Source: the human T2T-CHM13v2.0 reference genome, Homo sapiens. Taken from it: DNA of 64,000 bases. The translations under genes were made by a program, and so were the position numbers. The stretch lies in assembly GCF_009914755.1 (NCBI RefSeq), contig NC_060928.1; one strand, written 5' to 3'. How positions within the stretch are numbered: position 1 is the stretch's first letter; every line of letters begins with the position of its first letter. The notes beneath the pieces are model-generated. The model was not told the origin of the DNA, ran no database searches, and saw nothing but the letters and a program-made list of their open reading frames with translations. Positions 26,944-42,319 of this stretch are shown here, one piece after another.

Positions 26944-27969
26944 TCACAATTTGGCATGTTTTTGCAGTGGCTGGTACTGGTTGTTCCTTTCCATGTTTAA
27001 TGCTTCCTTCAGGAGCTCTTGTAGGGCAGGCCTGGTGGTGACAAAATCTCTCAGCATTTGCTTTTCTGTAAAGGATTTTATTTCTCTTTCACTTATGAAG
27101 CTTAGTTTGGCTGGATATGAAATTCTGGGTTGAGAATTCTTTTCTTTAAGAATGTTGAGTATTGGCCCCCACTCTCTTCTGGCTTGTAGAGTTTCTGCCG
27201 AGACATCCACTCTTAGTCTGATGGGTTTCCCTTTGTGGGTAACCCAACCTTTCTCTCTGGCTGCCCTTAACATTTTTTCCTTCATTTCAACTTTGGTGAA
27301 TGTGACAATTACGTGTCTTAGAGTTGCTCTTCTCGAGGAGTATCTTTGTGGTGTTCTGTGTATTTCCTGAATTTGAATGTTGGCCTGCCTTGCTAGGTTG
27401 GGGAAGTTCTCCTGGATAATATCCTGAAGAGTGTTTTCCAACTTGGTTCCATTCTCCCTGTCACTTTCAGGTACAGCAATCAGACGTAGATTTGGTCTTT
27501 TCACATAGTCCCATATTTCTTGGAGGCTTTGTTTGTTTCTTTTTACTCTTTTTTCTCTAAACTTCTCTTCTCACTTCATTTCATTCATTTGATCTTCGAT
27601 CACTGATACCGTTTCTTCCACTTGATCGAATCAGCTACTGAAGCTTGTGCATGCATCATGTAGTTCTCATGCCATGGTTTTCAGCTCCTCCAGGTCATTT
27701 AAGGTCTTCTCTACTCTTTTTATTCTAGTTAGCCATTTGTCTAATCTTTTTTCAAGGTTTTTAGCTTATTTGAGATGGGTTTGAACATCTTCCTTTAGCT
27801 CAGAGGAGTTTGTTATTGCCGATCGTCTGAAGCCTACTTCTGTCAACTTGTCAAAGTCATTCTCTGTCCAGCTTTGTTCCATTGATGGTGAGGAGCTGCG
27901 TTCCTTTGGAGGAGAAGTGGCGCTCTGACTTTTAGAATTTTCAGTTTTTCTGCTCTGGTTTCTCCCCAT
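26944..27969 (-). pseudogene. Disrupted L1 ORF1p (two ORF pieces) in the inverted segment
   Basis: MGRNQSRKTENSK... (27766-27969) and MKRPNLRLIAVPE...ISYPAKLSFISE...LQKHAKL (26944-27504), interrupted by stops. Confidence 0.93.
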
Positions 27970-28406
27970 CTTTGTGGTTTTATCTACCTTTGGCCTTCAA
28001 TGATCGTGATGTACAGATGGGGTTTTGGTGTGGATGTCCTTTCTGTTCATTTGTTTTCCTTCTAACAGTCAGGACCCTCAGCTGCAGGTCTGTTGGAGTT
28101 TACTGGAGGTCCACTCCAGACCCTGTTTGCCTGGGTATCACCAGCGGAGGCTGCAGAACAGCAAATATTGCAGAACAGCAAATGTTGCTGCCGGATCCTT
28201 CCTCTGGAAGCTTTGTCTCAGAGGGGCACCTAGCTGTATGAGGTGTCGGTTGGCCCCTACTGGGAGGTGTCCCCCAGTTAGGCTACTCGGGGTCAGGGAC
28301 CCACTTGAGGAGGCAGTCTGTACATTCTCAGATCTCCAGCTGTGTGCTGGGAGAACCACTACTCTCTTCAAAGCTGTTAGACAGGGACATTTAAGTCTGC
28401 AGAAGT

Positions 28407-31250
<2,844 letters not shown>

Positions 31251-33847
31251 GGCACTATTCATAATAGCGAAGACCGGAAACCAACCCAAATGTCCATCAA
31301 TGATAGACCAGATTAAGAAAATGTGGCACATATACACATGGAATACTATGCAGCCATAAAAAAGGATGAGTTCATGTCCTTTTTAGGGACATGTATGAAG
31401 CTGGAAACCATCATTCTGAGCAAACTGTCACAAGGACAGGAAAGCAAACACTGCATGTTTTCACTCATGGGTGGGAATTGAACAATGAGAACACTTGGAC
31501 ACAGGGTGGGGAACATCACACACCAGGGCCTGTCATGGGGTGGGGGGAGCGGGGAGGGATAGCATTAGGAGATATACCTAATGTTAAATGATGAGTTAAT
31601 GGGTGCTGCACAGCAACATGGCACATGTATACAAATGTAACAAACCTGCACATTGTGCACATGTACCCTAGAACTTAAAGTGTAATAATAAATAAATAAA
31701 TAAATAAATAAATGTAAAAAAAAAGAAAAGCTAAATTTTTTTTCTTTAAGATGAGGGAAAAGAGAAATATGTTCATTTTGTTACTTCTCTTCAACATAAT
31801 ACTGGAAATATTAGCCAGAGCAATTAGGCAAGAAAAAGAAAAGGCATACAAATTAGAAAGTAAAAAGTGAAAATGTCTGTGGATGACAGAATCTTATATA
31901 TAGAAAGCCTCAAGATTCCACCAAAAACCTGTTAGAACTAATAAATGAATTTAGTAAATTTGCAGGATACAGAGTCAACAAACCAAAATTGGTTGCATTT
32001 CTATAGACCAGTAAGGAACTATCTGAAAAAATTAAACAATTCCATTTACAATAGTATTAAAAACAGTAAGATACTTATAAATAAATTTAACCAAGAAAGT
32101 AAAAGATCTGTAGACTAAAAATGATAAACATTGATGAAAGAAATTTAAGTCATAAATAAATGGAAACATCTCATGTTCATGCATTGGAAAAATCATATTG
32201 TTAAAATTTTCATAATACTCAGTGATTTACAGATTTATTGCAATCTCTATAAAAATTCCCATTGCATTTTTCATGCCATTGGAAAAAATAATTCTAAAAG
32301 CCACACAAAACCATGAAAGAACCCAAATAGCTAAAATGATCTTAAGTAAAAACAACAAAGTTGGAACAATCACACTGCCTGATTTTAAAATATACTACAA
32401 ATCTATGGTAATCAAAACAGTATGGTACCGACATAAAAATAGCCATATAGACTAGTGGAACAGAATAGAGAATCCATAAATAAACCCATGCATTTTTTAG
32501 TAAAGTGATCTTCAACACAGTTGCCAAGAACACAAAATGGGGAAAGGATATTCTCTCAATGAACGGTGTTGGGAAAACTGGGTAACCACATGTGGAAGAA
32601 TGAAATTAGATATTTATCTCACATCATATAAAAAATCAACCTAAAATGGATTAAAGGCTTAAATGTAAGACATGAAACTGTAAAATTACTAGAAGAAAAC
32701 AGGTAAAGAGCTCCATGATATCAGTGTGAGCAATCACTTTTTGGACATCACCCCAAAAACACAGACAGCAAAAGCAAAATAGACAAATAGGACTGGATCA
32801 AACTGCAAAAGTGCTGCACAGCAAAGCAAATGATCAGCAGAGTGGAGAGACAACCTATGGAATGATAGAAAACATTTATGAACCATATATACATTTGACA
32901 AGAGACTAATATCCAAAATATAAAAGAAACTCAACTCAAAACCAAAAATCCAAATAACATGATTAAAAAATGGGCAAGGTATCTGAGTAGACATTCTTTA
33001 AAAAGACACACAAAAGGCCAAATAGTATATAAAAGGTGCTCAATATTACTGAGCATCAAAGAAATGCCAAACAAAATCAAAATGAAATATTACCTTATAT
33101 ATGTTAGAATGGCTATTATAAAAAAGACAAAAATAATGACTTATGTTAAGGATGTGGAGAAAAATAAATCCTGTACACTATTGATGAGAATGTCAATTGT
33201 TACAGTCATTATGGAAAACAGTATGAGGTAGCCCCCAAAATTAAAAATGGAACTACCATAAGGTTCAATAATCCTACTCCTGATTATGTATCTAAAGGAA
33301 ATAAAATCAGTATTTTGAAGAAATATCTGCACTCTCATGTTCATTGCAGCATTATTCAAAATAGCCAAGATATAGAAACAACCTATGTGTCCATCAATGG
33401 ATAAATGAATGAAGACAATATTTTTATATATATATTCATATATAAATATGTTATATGTTAATTAGCTTGATTTTGGTAATTGTTTCAAAATGTAGATGTA
33501 TGTAAAAACATCACATTGTATACCTTAAATGTATACAGTTTTTATTTGTTAATCATAACTCAATAAAGCTGGAAAGAACAAACAAGTCAATTATAAATTC
33601 TGTATTCTATGTTGTAAAATTCATTAGTGACTATTGTATAAGAATAAATGAATAGTCAATAAAAAACAAATACTTGAAGAAATACAATTACATTATAAAA
33701 AATACAAAGCTAAACATAAAACTTTTTCCAGAGGAAACAAAGTGCCAGAAAAGAAAGAGAATGTTAAAAAATTAATTTGTGACTGTAGGGACTTTTGAGA
33801 GAATTTGCATATATAAAACCCAGAACAAGCTGCTATGCAAAAGGTAA

Positions 33848-34008
33848 TAAAGAAGGAAGAAAGGGAGGGGGAAGGGAAGGGGAGAAGTGACAGAGGGAAG
33901 GAAGGAAGGGAGTGGGGAGGGACTGAGGGAGGGGGGAGGGAGGGAAAGAAGGAAGGGAGGGAGGGAGGGAAGGGAAGGGAAGGAAGGAAGCAAGGAAAGA
34001 AGGAAGGG
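33848..34008. repeat. GA-rich polypurine low-complexity tract
   Basis: (GGAA)/(GGGA) mixed repeats, with an uninterrupted purine run at 33925-33990. Confidence 0.95.
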
Positions 34009-34221
34009 CTGGTGAAAAAGCCACCTCCTGGAGCTCTACTGAGAACATGGCAGGGTTCTCCCCTGTTCACTGATTGGATAAACTTTTCTGGGATTACTAT
34101 TATTATTTTCCTACTTTATAGAGGGGTGGGGCCATGATCAATTTCTCCACTCTGAGCAGGCATATACCTTCTCTCTATATAATACACATTTTTGAAACAA
34201 CTATAACTTTTGCACATGAAG

Positions 34222-34440
34222 ACAATGTGTCAGAGTGGTCAAGAATACAAACTTTGGAGCCAGGAGTCTGACTGCCTGGATTTGAATCTGTTCTCTGCTA
34301 GTAGTAGCAGCGTGATCCAGGCAAGTGTGACTTGCCTTTCTCATCTGTAAAAGGGGATGACCATCATAGAATTGTAGTAAAGATTAAATGACAGTATCGG
34401 TAAAGCACTCAAATGAGTGCCAAGCATGTGATAAACTCTC
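34222..34440 (+). mobile_element. MIR SINE
   Basis: gtggtcaagaatacaaactttggagcca...ctggatttgaatct...tcatctgtaaaagggga...agattaaatga...gtaaagcact. Confidence 0.85.
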
Positions 34441-34984
34441 CTTTAGGATTATAACAATATAATATATTTATGTGTATAATGCATACATCTGCTACTATAC
34501 ATTTTTTCTGCAGGTTTAAAATTATACAGACAATGTAATTTTTTAAAAGATATACTAAAACATCAAGACATATCAAAGTTCTAACATTTTATTTCTGTAT
34601 GCTGGAAGGTCATTTTGCAAAAGCTCAGGAATGAGTGTCACTGACATATCAGTGATTTAGAGCAGCAATACTCAGGAATTCAGCAAGATAGTCACCACCA
34701 AGGGATCCTGGAAATTGAATAGACACAGGTTAAAAATGCATGCAAGATCTCTATAACCATCGGTGCAAGCCACAAATATCAAGGAGGCCCTGCACTTTTT
34801 ACTCTAGTATTTCATGTCAGGAGGGGGACAAATTCTCAGGCATGGCTTACTTTGGGCATATAAGAGGAGGCCTGGGGTAATAAGGAGGGAAGGAGTGGAA
34901 AAGAGGAAACTTTCTGGTAAGAGAAACTTGAGGGGCATATCTGTGACTTCCCACATGGTAGAAACTGCTAAGTAATGTCTTCTT

Positions 34985-35140
34985 CATTATCTCTTAGGAT
35001 ATTCACAGCAATCCTGTGAGCTTGGTTTTATTTTCCCCATTTGTATAGCTGAAGAGGCTTACGTATTTTTCCAAGATGGTACAGCTCATAGGGATCTGTG
35101 CTAAAGGTTAGATTTGAACTCATTTTCTTAACTCCTAGTT
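34985..35140 (-). mobile_element. MIR SINE
   Basis: tcacagcaatcctgtgag...ttttccccattt...ccaagatggtacagct...gatttgaactca. Confidence 0.7.
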
Positions 35141-36639
35141 TACCAATACTTTCGTCAGATCTTACACCGACCTCTCTCTTTTTTATTACATATTTCTTAA
35201 TACATTAGAGTAATAATCTCTCTCCCTCCTCCCCAAACACACATAAACTATGGTTTCATGATTTAATTTTCATTGAATATTTAATCATTCGTTAAAATTT
35301 TTACTTTCCATCATTTCTAGTAAATACAACGTTGGGCATATGAAAGTTTTATAAGTAATTGTTATAATGGATTATAAAATTTGTAGTATTTATTTCTTTG
35401 CTATTCACTTAAAGCCATTTGATGTCTTCACATTCAGTGCATTCAACTTTTGAGTTAGAAAGTATTGGTTTTCTACCCAACTTTGGAACTTTGTCCTGCC
35501 AGGAATTCATATAATCACACACACTTCATAATTTCTGTTGAGAAAATTTTTGAAAAAGAAAGCAAGCATGTTCTTTATATGCATGATTCAGTGTTAAATC
35601 CTGCATATAGACTGTTAATAGAAAATAGTTCAACAAGTATATTTAAATTACAATTGTTTAATATATCACCTCTCACAAACCCTTTGATTTATTATCATTT
35701 CAAATGATAGTTATTTGCTTAAGAAATGAGCTAAGCAGATAGGAGGAAGACAAAAGGAAATATGTCCCTCTTCATATGTTTTATATTATTCTTTTATATT
35801 TCAAGATTGCTATGGTGATTGTTAATTTGTCAGTCAAGTAAAATTGTTATTCATGTTTCTCTTTGCATGTCAAAGTGCATTCCTAATTTATACACATCAA
35901 ACTACTATAGTCTGTTTTTACACCTACGCCGGGTCAATAGGATTTCATTTTTGGCCTTGCAAATGGAAGGCACTGCTTCACTAATTGGTTGGCTGAAACG
36001 GCAGCTCTAATACCTCAGGTATTCGATCAGTCTCTTTTCATTTCACTAAAGGTCAGGAATATGTACACACATGCAAATGTGTTTTTCACGTTGGGAAAAT
36101 AGATAGGTTAAAGTGATGCAGTGGTGAGAAACGCTGAATATTGACAGTCTAATAAAAAGTTACTAGTAAATATTTTATATAACCTTCAAACAACAGCCAT
36201 AATAATAGGATTTAGGGCAGTGATTAATGTCTTTATAATCTATCTTGTCTTTAATGTAATTACTCAGAAAAGAAATAAGAATTTTAGATTAAAAAAACTA
36301 TGTTCATTTCAAGTACCTGTGTAGAGATGTAAGAAATTCAATTTTTGTTTTTATTTCTTTTAATTTAATTTACTCAGTTACTTTTATGTTGACATAGAAT
36401 CTCAATGTTTACCTAAAACTAATCAATCATAATCTTGCTGCACATTTGCAGCTAAGAGACAACCATATAATGGAAAGGGATTATTGATTGCCAATATTCA
36501 TGTTGCTTTAAAAATTTTACTTATTAATGTGAAAATTTTTTATAGTGATTGTGCAATGCTGTATGTTTTCTTTGGAGATTTAGTGCTGCATATTTCAACA
36601 CATTCATTCTCATATTGGAAATCATAACTCTTTTATAAC

Positions 36640-37000
36640 AGATGGTTCAGCATCTTGATTCCTGCAATGACCAAACCTCACATTTCAGATACTGTGAACC
36701 TTGTTGCCTCTTTGTTCAACCCTTCTGATGTGGCTATCCAAGTATATAGTGCTATACTTAATGCAGGAAACAGACAAAATTCCTTCTTCAGCCTTGCAGG
36801 CAATAAGTTTATATTCTGAAGCATTAACTTTGATTATTCTTATTATCTGAACTTCTATATCTAATATAGTTGTTAGTACTCACAAAATCTACGAGGTCTT
36901 TGTAATCACATAGCCCTAGAATTAAACTTTGTAACCTCTAGTTACAACTAGTTTCATAAATTGTCTTTATTCTTTGTGATGAACCATGTTCTGGTGTTTA
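36640..37000 (-). mobile_element. Ancient CR1/L3-like LINE fragment
   Basis: aaattccttcttcagccttgcaggcaataagtttatattctgaagcattaactttgattattctt resembles the antisense 3' end of CR1 (Plat_L3/L3b) as I recall it. Confidence 0.4.
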
Positions 37001-37104
37001 GGGATGATTGTGGCTCTTTCCTCAAAAATTAAGAACAGAACTGAAAATAAAATTCTAGTTACAATTCTAGGTGAATTTTAATAAATCTCAAAAACGTTAA
37101 CATG

Positions 37105-37466
37105 AGGTGTGTCTGTTTAGGCTGCTATAAAAATACCATAATCTGGATGGTTTATAAACAACAGACACTTGTTTTTTGGAGTTGTAAAATCTGGGAAACC
37201 CAAGATCAAGGCACCATCACCTTTGGTATCTGGTGAGGGCTTGTTTCCTGTTCACAGATGTCTGTCTTCTCACTGTGTCGTCACATGACTGAAGGAGCAA
37301 GGGATCTCTCTGTGGTCCCTTTAATAAGGGCACTAACCCTATTCATAAGGGCTCTGCCCTTATGGCATAATTGTCTCTCAAAGGTTCTACTTTAAAATAC
37401 CATCACATTTGGGATTAAGTTTCAACCTATGAATTTTGAGAGGATACAGAAATTTGGTTTATGGCA
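37105..37466 (-). mobile_element. MaLR solo LTR (MLT1A0-like)
   Basis: gtctgtttaggctgctataaaaatacc...caagatcaaggcacc...tctggtgagggc...ataagggcactaa...aataccatcacatt...gaattttgagaggatac. Confidence 0.88.
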
Positions 37467-37599
37467 CAAGGCAAAGATAGTTTTGGGTAATTTAATAATC
37501 AGATTCATTTTTCTTTATTCTTTTCTGCCTACTTACCACAGGTTCACAAAAGCCAATCTGCCAAATCATATTTTCAAATCATCGAAATATATTCACATA

Positions 37600-38430
37600 T
37601 AAGCCCCTAACTGCCCTCCCAGTTACCTCCATATTGCTAAATCAAATGATTTTTGTTATGTTTTCATCCTATTTTCCCTCTTAGGAGCACTCAGCACAGC
37701 TACTGGCATCATCCAATTTAGAGTTTGCCCTCCCTTTCTTGGTTTTCTCTGCGTTGCACTATCCTGATTTTTCTACTACCTTTCTAATTACACATCCCCC
37801 ATTTTCTTTTGTTCATTCTGCATATAACATAAACATAATACAGTTCCTCAAGATTATACTAGGTCTGTGTATAATTTGCCAAGAAAATCCCATCTCTATG
37901 TTGATGACATTTGAATTTATAACTCCAGTCTAACTCTTTTACCTGGTTTCAAAGCTCACCTTGATTGTCTGTTTTACGTCTTTACATCATGTGTTCCAGG
38001 TATTTTAAATTTAACATATATTATATTCTGAATGTTTGTGTCCTTTAAAAATTGATACATTAAAACCTAATCTGTGTTGTTATTAAGTGGTGAGGCCTCT
38101 GGGAGATGGTGAGGCTTTTGGGAGATAATTAGGCCTTTGGTTCTACCCTCATGAATGGGATTAGTGCCCTTATAAAAGAGACCCAAAGAAGCTTGTTTTT
38201 TCCTTCTGCCACGTGAGAACCCAGCTAGTAGGCCATCTTTGATGCCAAGAGCAAGACCTCACCAGACACTGAATTTATTGGTGACTTGATCTTGGCCTTC
38301 CCAGACTCCAGAACTAAGAGCAATAAATTTCTGTTGTTTATAAATTACCCAGTCTAAGGTATTTTGTTATAGAAGCACCAAAGCACTAAAACCATATCCA
38401 AAGCTCTTGAGTTCCCCCCCATACCTCCAC
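37600..38430 (+). mobile_element. LINE-2 ORF2 remnant, split by an MLT1A0 LTR
   Basis: ctccatattgctaaatcaaatg...; tatgttgatgac (YVDD, degenerate YADD) near 37897; ttaaatttaacata | tccaaagctcttg across the LTR. Confidence 0.65.
38018..38392 (+). mobile_element. MaLR solo LTR (MLT1A0-like)
   Basis: ctgaatgtttgtgtcc...ccctcatgaatgggattagtgcccttataaaagag...cctcaccagacactgaat...caataaatttctgttgtttataaattacccagtc. Confidence 0.9.
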
Positions 38431-38464
38431 CTCAATGCTTATTGTGTCTCCCACTTTTTTCTGT

Positions 38465-38600
38465 TTTGAGGGTTTACTATGTGCTAGGCATAGGACTAAA
38501 ATTCCTGTCAAAGTTTTTGGAAATAATGAGTAAGATGGATATGATCTTTGCCTTCAATAAACAAATGAGTCAGATAAACAGAACAAACCACCAGCAAATA
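38465..38600 (-). mobile_element. LINE-2 3' fragment
   Basis: tgagggtttactatgtgctaggca...atgagtaagatggatatgatctttgccttc. Confidence 0.5.
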
Positions 38601-39051
38601 AAGTTGTTAAAATTTAGAATAATTTTATGAAAAAATATTAGGAAATGAAGGTAATAGCTAACTTCTGTTGAATATTATTTTAAAATGGGGGAGTCTTCTT
38701 CACTACTAATTTTGTTTTCTGTTTTTTTCTATGAGTGTTACTGCTGGCCTCTTTCCACCCTTCCTTACGTCTTCTCAGGAGTGACTGTTGAGTTCATTCA
38801 GAGCACATATAGCTCAGCTCTTTCTTTATTCCTTCCTCTGGAAAGTGTGCTTTACTGTACTGAATAAGTGCACATGCTCTTGCTCTTGATTCCCCTTGAG
38901 ACACCCGCTGTCTGTAGAGAGCATGCGCTGTCAATAGCTTACTTCCTTCCCATCAGTGTTAATGGCAGCCTCCGGCTCTTCTAGACGACAACCACTTTTT
39001 CTGGGGTTTCAGAAGGTTTTCAGAATGTAATTATGGTCTCAACAACTAGAA

Positions 39052-39216
39052 AAGGGGCTGGCAAACATGGTCCATGGCTTAAATTTGGCCCAAATACTAT
39101 TTCTGTTTCTAAAGATTTTATAAAAAACAAAGGCAAATATGCACCAAAATTTTAGGCTTACAAAGCCTAAAACATTCACTCTCTGGCCCTTTACAAAAAA
39201 TGTTTTCTGACTTTTG
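39052..39216 (+). mobile_element. MER58-like hAT-Charlie MITE
   Basis: aaggggctggcaaac...caaagcctaaaacattcactctctggccctttacaaaaaatgttttctgac. 8-bp TSD aactagaa (39044-39051) / atctagaa (39217-39224). Confidence 0.85.
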
Positions 39217-40821
39217 ATCTAGAACTTGGGGCCAGGAATCATGAGAAATAAAGTGGTAATAAATTTTGGAAGAATAAAATACTTATTGATAAAGTAGCCT
39301 TCTCGTAAATTAGGGTGGGTGACTTTGAACATTGGTCATATTTCATTAAATATAGACCATGTTGATTTTTTACTTTGGCAGTTCTTAGAGACGTATGTCA
39401 GCCAATGTGGCCACTGTTTACAGTTTGCAGATTAGGTTTTAACTCTTTGAATGAGATTAATGAACCTTAGATTACATAGCACTTGCTGTTTTAAAGGTTA
39501 TATCACTTTATAGTAGGTTTTTGTTCATTTGTTTTGATTTGTTTTTGTTTGTTTTTACATAGAAATGGTTGTTTATATAAAGAGAGAGACCTAGGTCCTC
39601 ATCAAAGATTCCAGTGTCAGCAAAATGTTTGGTCGTCAGCGAAGGAGTAGGGTTCAAAAATGACTGTGGGTAAGAAAGTGCTTAACCAAATGCCACAAGG
39701 GCATAGCTTATTTTTAGTAAAACTTTGTACCTAGGAAAAGCCGCAGTCTATAGGCATGGGTGATGTCTGGAGACATTAGCAGAGCTGTGTCACACCCTGA
39801 CTTTGGCATATAAGAATTGAGCACATTCAGGCCAAACTGTCTTCAGCAAAGGGGTGGGTAGTTATCAGATAGAACCGTTTAGGGTATGGACAGCTGTAGC
39901 TTGACCTATATGCACACTTTGACTGTACGTGGACCAGGCTGTGCGGGCTTCAGTAAGCAGGTACATCTGAGGCAATGATTCAACTATGAAGGAAAGATAG
40001 TCTTTTCAGATATAGCCTCTATGCACAAAATTTTGCCAGTTTTACTGTGTTTCTCAACCACGTCTATAGGTATAGTTTATACTGCAAAAGCATCTAAATC
40101 CTATCAGCATGTGAGTGCTTACATTTAAATTCTTAGTTCCAGGCCTAGGTAGATGCTGTAGATAGTTCTTTTAAATTTTATAGTTCCTTGTGTGTTTTTG
40201 ATCTGCCTTCAGAGCTGAGAGACAAAATTGTGAAGATACTGAGTTTGAATCCATACAGCTTTTCCAAATCTCAAGAGCCATTTATCCTCATGTTGGCTCT
40301 AGATTTGTTAGCTACATATGAGAGAGAAAACTTCCACAGGTGCCAGATTTCATAGGTCTAAGTAATTTTATTGTGAGTGGCAGTGGGAATTGTCCAAAAC
40401 TTTGGGTCCAAGATACTTGCTTCTAGGAAATTGTAGATGTTACGTCATAAGACTTAACTCAGTCATGTGGTTGGGAATCTAAAAAAAGTCCTTACAGAGA
40501 AAATGGAGATTAGGATGCCTTGGAATACATTGGATGAGAAAGAAAGATGCCTCTGATAGTACCTGGTGACAAGGGCTGCCATCACTGCAAATTTCTAACT
40601 TTCACAGAAATGCAGAAATTGTCTTAATTGCACCCTACTCTCTCACACACACACTTTAGAAGAGGGAGTTTGAATAGATGTATATCTCCCAAACTGTACC
40701 ATAAGACAGTGCCAAAATTAAGGTTTTGTAATGATTTCCCTTATTTGAGTTTAAATTTTCAGGCCATAGGTTCTGATTAACAACATTTTGATGAGGTTGA
40801 GACCAATATATAGTTCTTTCT

Positions 40822-40824
<3 letters not shown>

Positions 40825-40868
<44 letters not shown>

Positions 40869-40874
40869 TCTCTC
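40825..40874. repeat. (TC)n microsatellite
   Basis: About 18 perfect TC units followed by a degenerate tail. Confidence 0.97.
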
Positions 40875-41075
40875 ACTGAGAGGTTATGGCAATACTAAAC
40901 CCTGGGATCAAAGAATAATATTTTACCTGGGATAAATGTCCCAGCTAGGACTCAGGGATTTGCATGATTTTTCTACTTGATTGCTGTGGAATTTTGTTAA
41001 CTCTCAAGCTCTTTAAATTGTAGGCTTAGGAGACTCTTGGTTCCGAAGTAATTGGACTAATTTGAAGTCTTCCTC

Positions 41076-41387
41076 TGACAAAGATTCTTTGCTAGGCTGG
41101 ACATTAGTCAGGCTCTTGAAACTTCTCCTAGGACCATCTGTGAACTTGCTTTTAAAAAGCAATATTAGCAAAGAACCTTTCTACGGCAGTTTAGCAAGAA
41201 CCTTTCACTCTTGATGTCGTCTCATCCTTGTTGCAATCTAATCAGGTTCCTCATGTTCCACCATCCCCCCAGTGATTGATGTCAGATCATTCTCATCTGT
41301 CTTCAGCAAGAATCCTGTTAGGTGGGTTTAGTCAGAATCTCCCTTACCCGTGATATTTCCTCTCAGTAATTTTCCATCCAGTGACCC
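41076..41387 (+). mobile_element. ERV1 LTR (MER31A-like), 3'-truncated
   Basis: tgacaaagattct...ttagtcaggctcttgaaacttctcctagg...ttcagcaagaatcctgttagg...agtaattttccatcca. Confidence 0.85.
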
Positions 41388-41809
41388 TGACATGGGTATC
41401 AAGGCTCCTCTGTTGGAGACTCAGCAGAAAAAAAATGGGAAGCATGAATTTTGAGTTTTAATTTCTCTAAGCTATACGCACAAACAGAGAGGTTCTCTGT
41501 TTCTTCTTCTTTGCTGGGTAACAGGTTGTGCTAACAACCCAGAAGCTCTTGATTCCCTTTAGCCTTCCCACTTGAGATAAGTAGATTATGTGAAATTCAG
41601 AGACATGTGAAACACTCCCATTTTTGTAGGAACTCGTAGTTTACTTAGTGGCTATCTCATATCTAGGTTAGTTTTCTGTCTCCTCTTCTTTCCAGCTTCA
41701 ACTTTTTCTCTTTCTCATTTTTTGACCTTAAGATTTCTCTTACTTCTTGTAAGCTCAGAATACATTATGGTATTTTATTAACTATACTACCCAAACAAAA
41801 GCCTGTCCA

Positions 41810-42319
41810 ATGTATTCTTCACAATTCTAGCAGAAAAATATTTTTGAAACGTAATTCTTAGTATTTTGCCTTTCTTTTGAAAAACCCTATAATAATATCT
41901 CAGTACTCCTTAAATAAAACTCATACCCCTTCCAAGCCATGTAAAAGTTGGTTTCTGCTTCTTCAAAATCAACCTTTATACATTTCCTGTAACCATCAAG
42001 TTCTGGCCACACTGGCCTTGTTTTAATTGTTTGAGCACTTGCTGGTTCCTTCTGGTAATTCAAGTTTGTACTTACATGAACTCTTTCAATGTATTCCCTG
42101 CGTACCATATCTAGATAGGTTCTTTCACTATACATTTGCTTCATAGCATTTACCATAATTTTAAATTATATACTTATGCTTGCATTTGTTTTTATCTCTT
42201 CCACCTGATTGCAAGTTCCTTGAGAACAAAACCATGTTTATTTTTGTTCTTAATAATTAGCACTCTACGTATGACTCAGCACATAGAGGGACTCACATTT
42301 TGTTAAATGAATGAATGAA
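41810..42319 (+). mobile_element. LINE-2 (L2a/b) 3' end
   Basis: gcaagttccttgagaacaaaaccatg...cagcacatagagggactca...tttgttaaatgaatgaatga. Confidence 0.8.

Noticed and set aside
33693-34137. Pro/Ser-rich and Gly/Glu/Arg-rich ORFs
   Set aside because: Artefacts of the GA-rich low-complexity tract.
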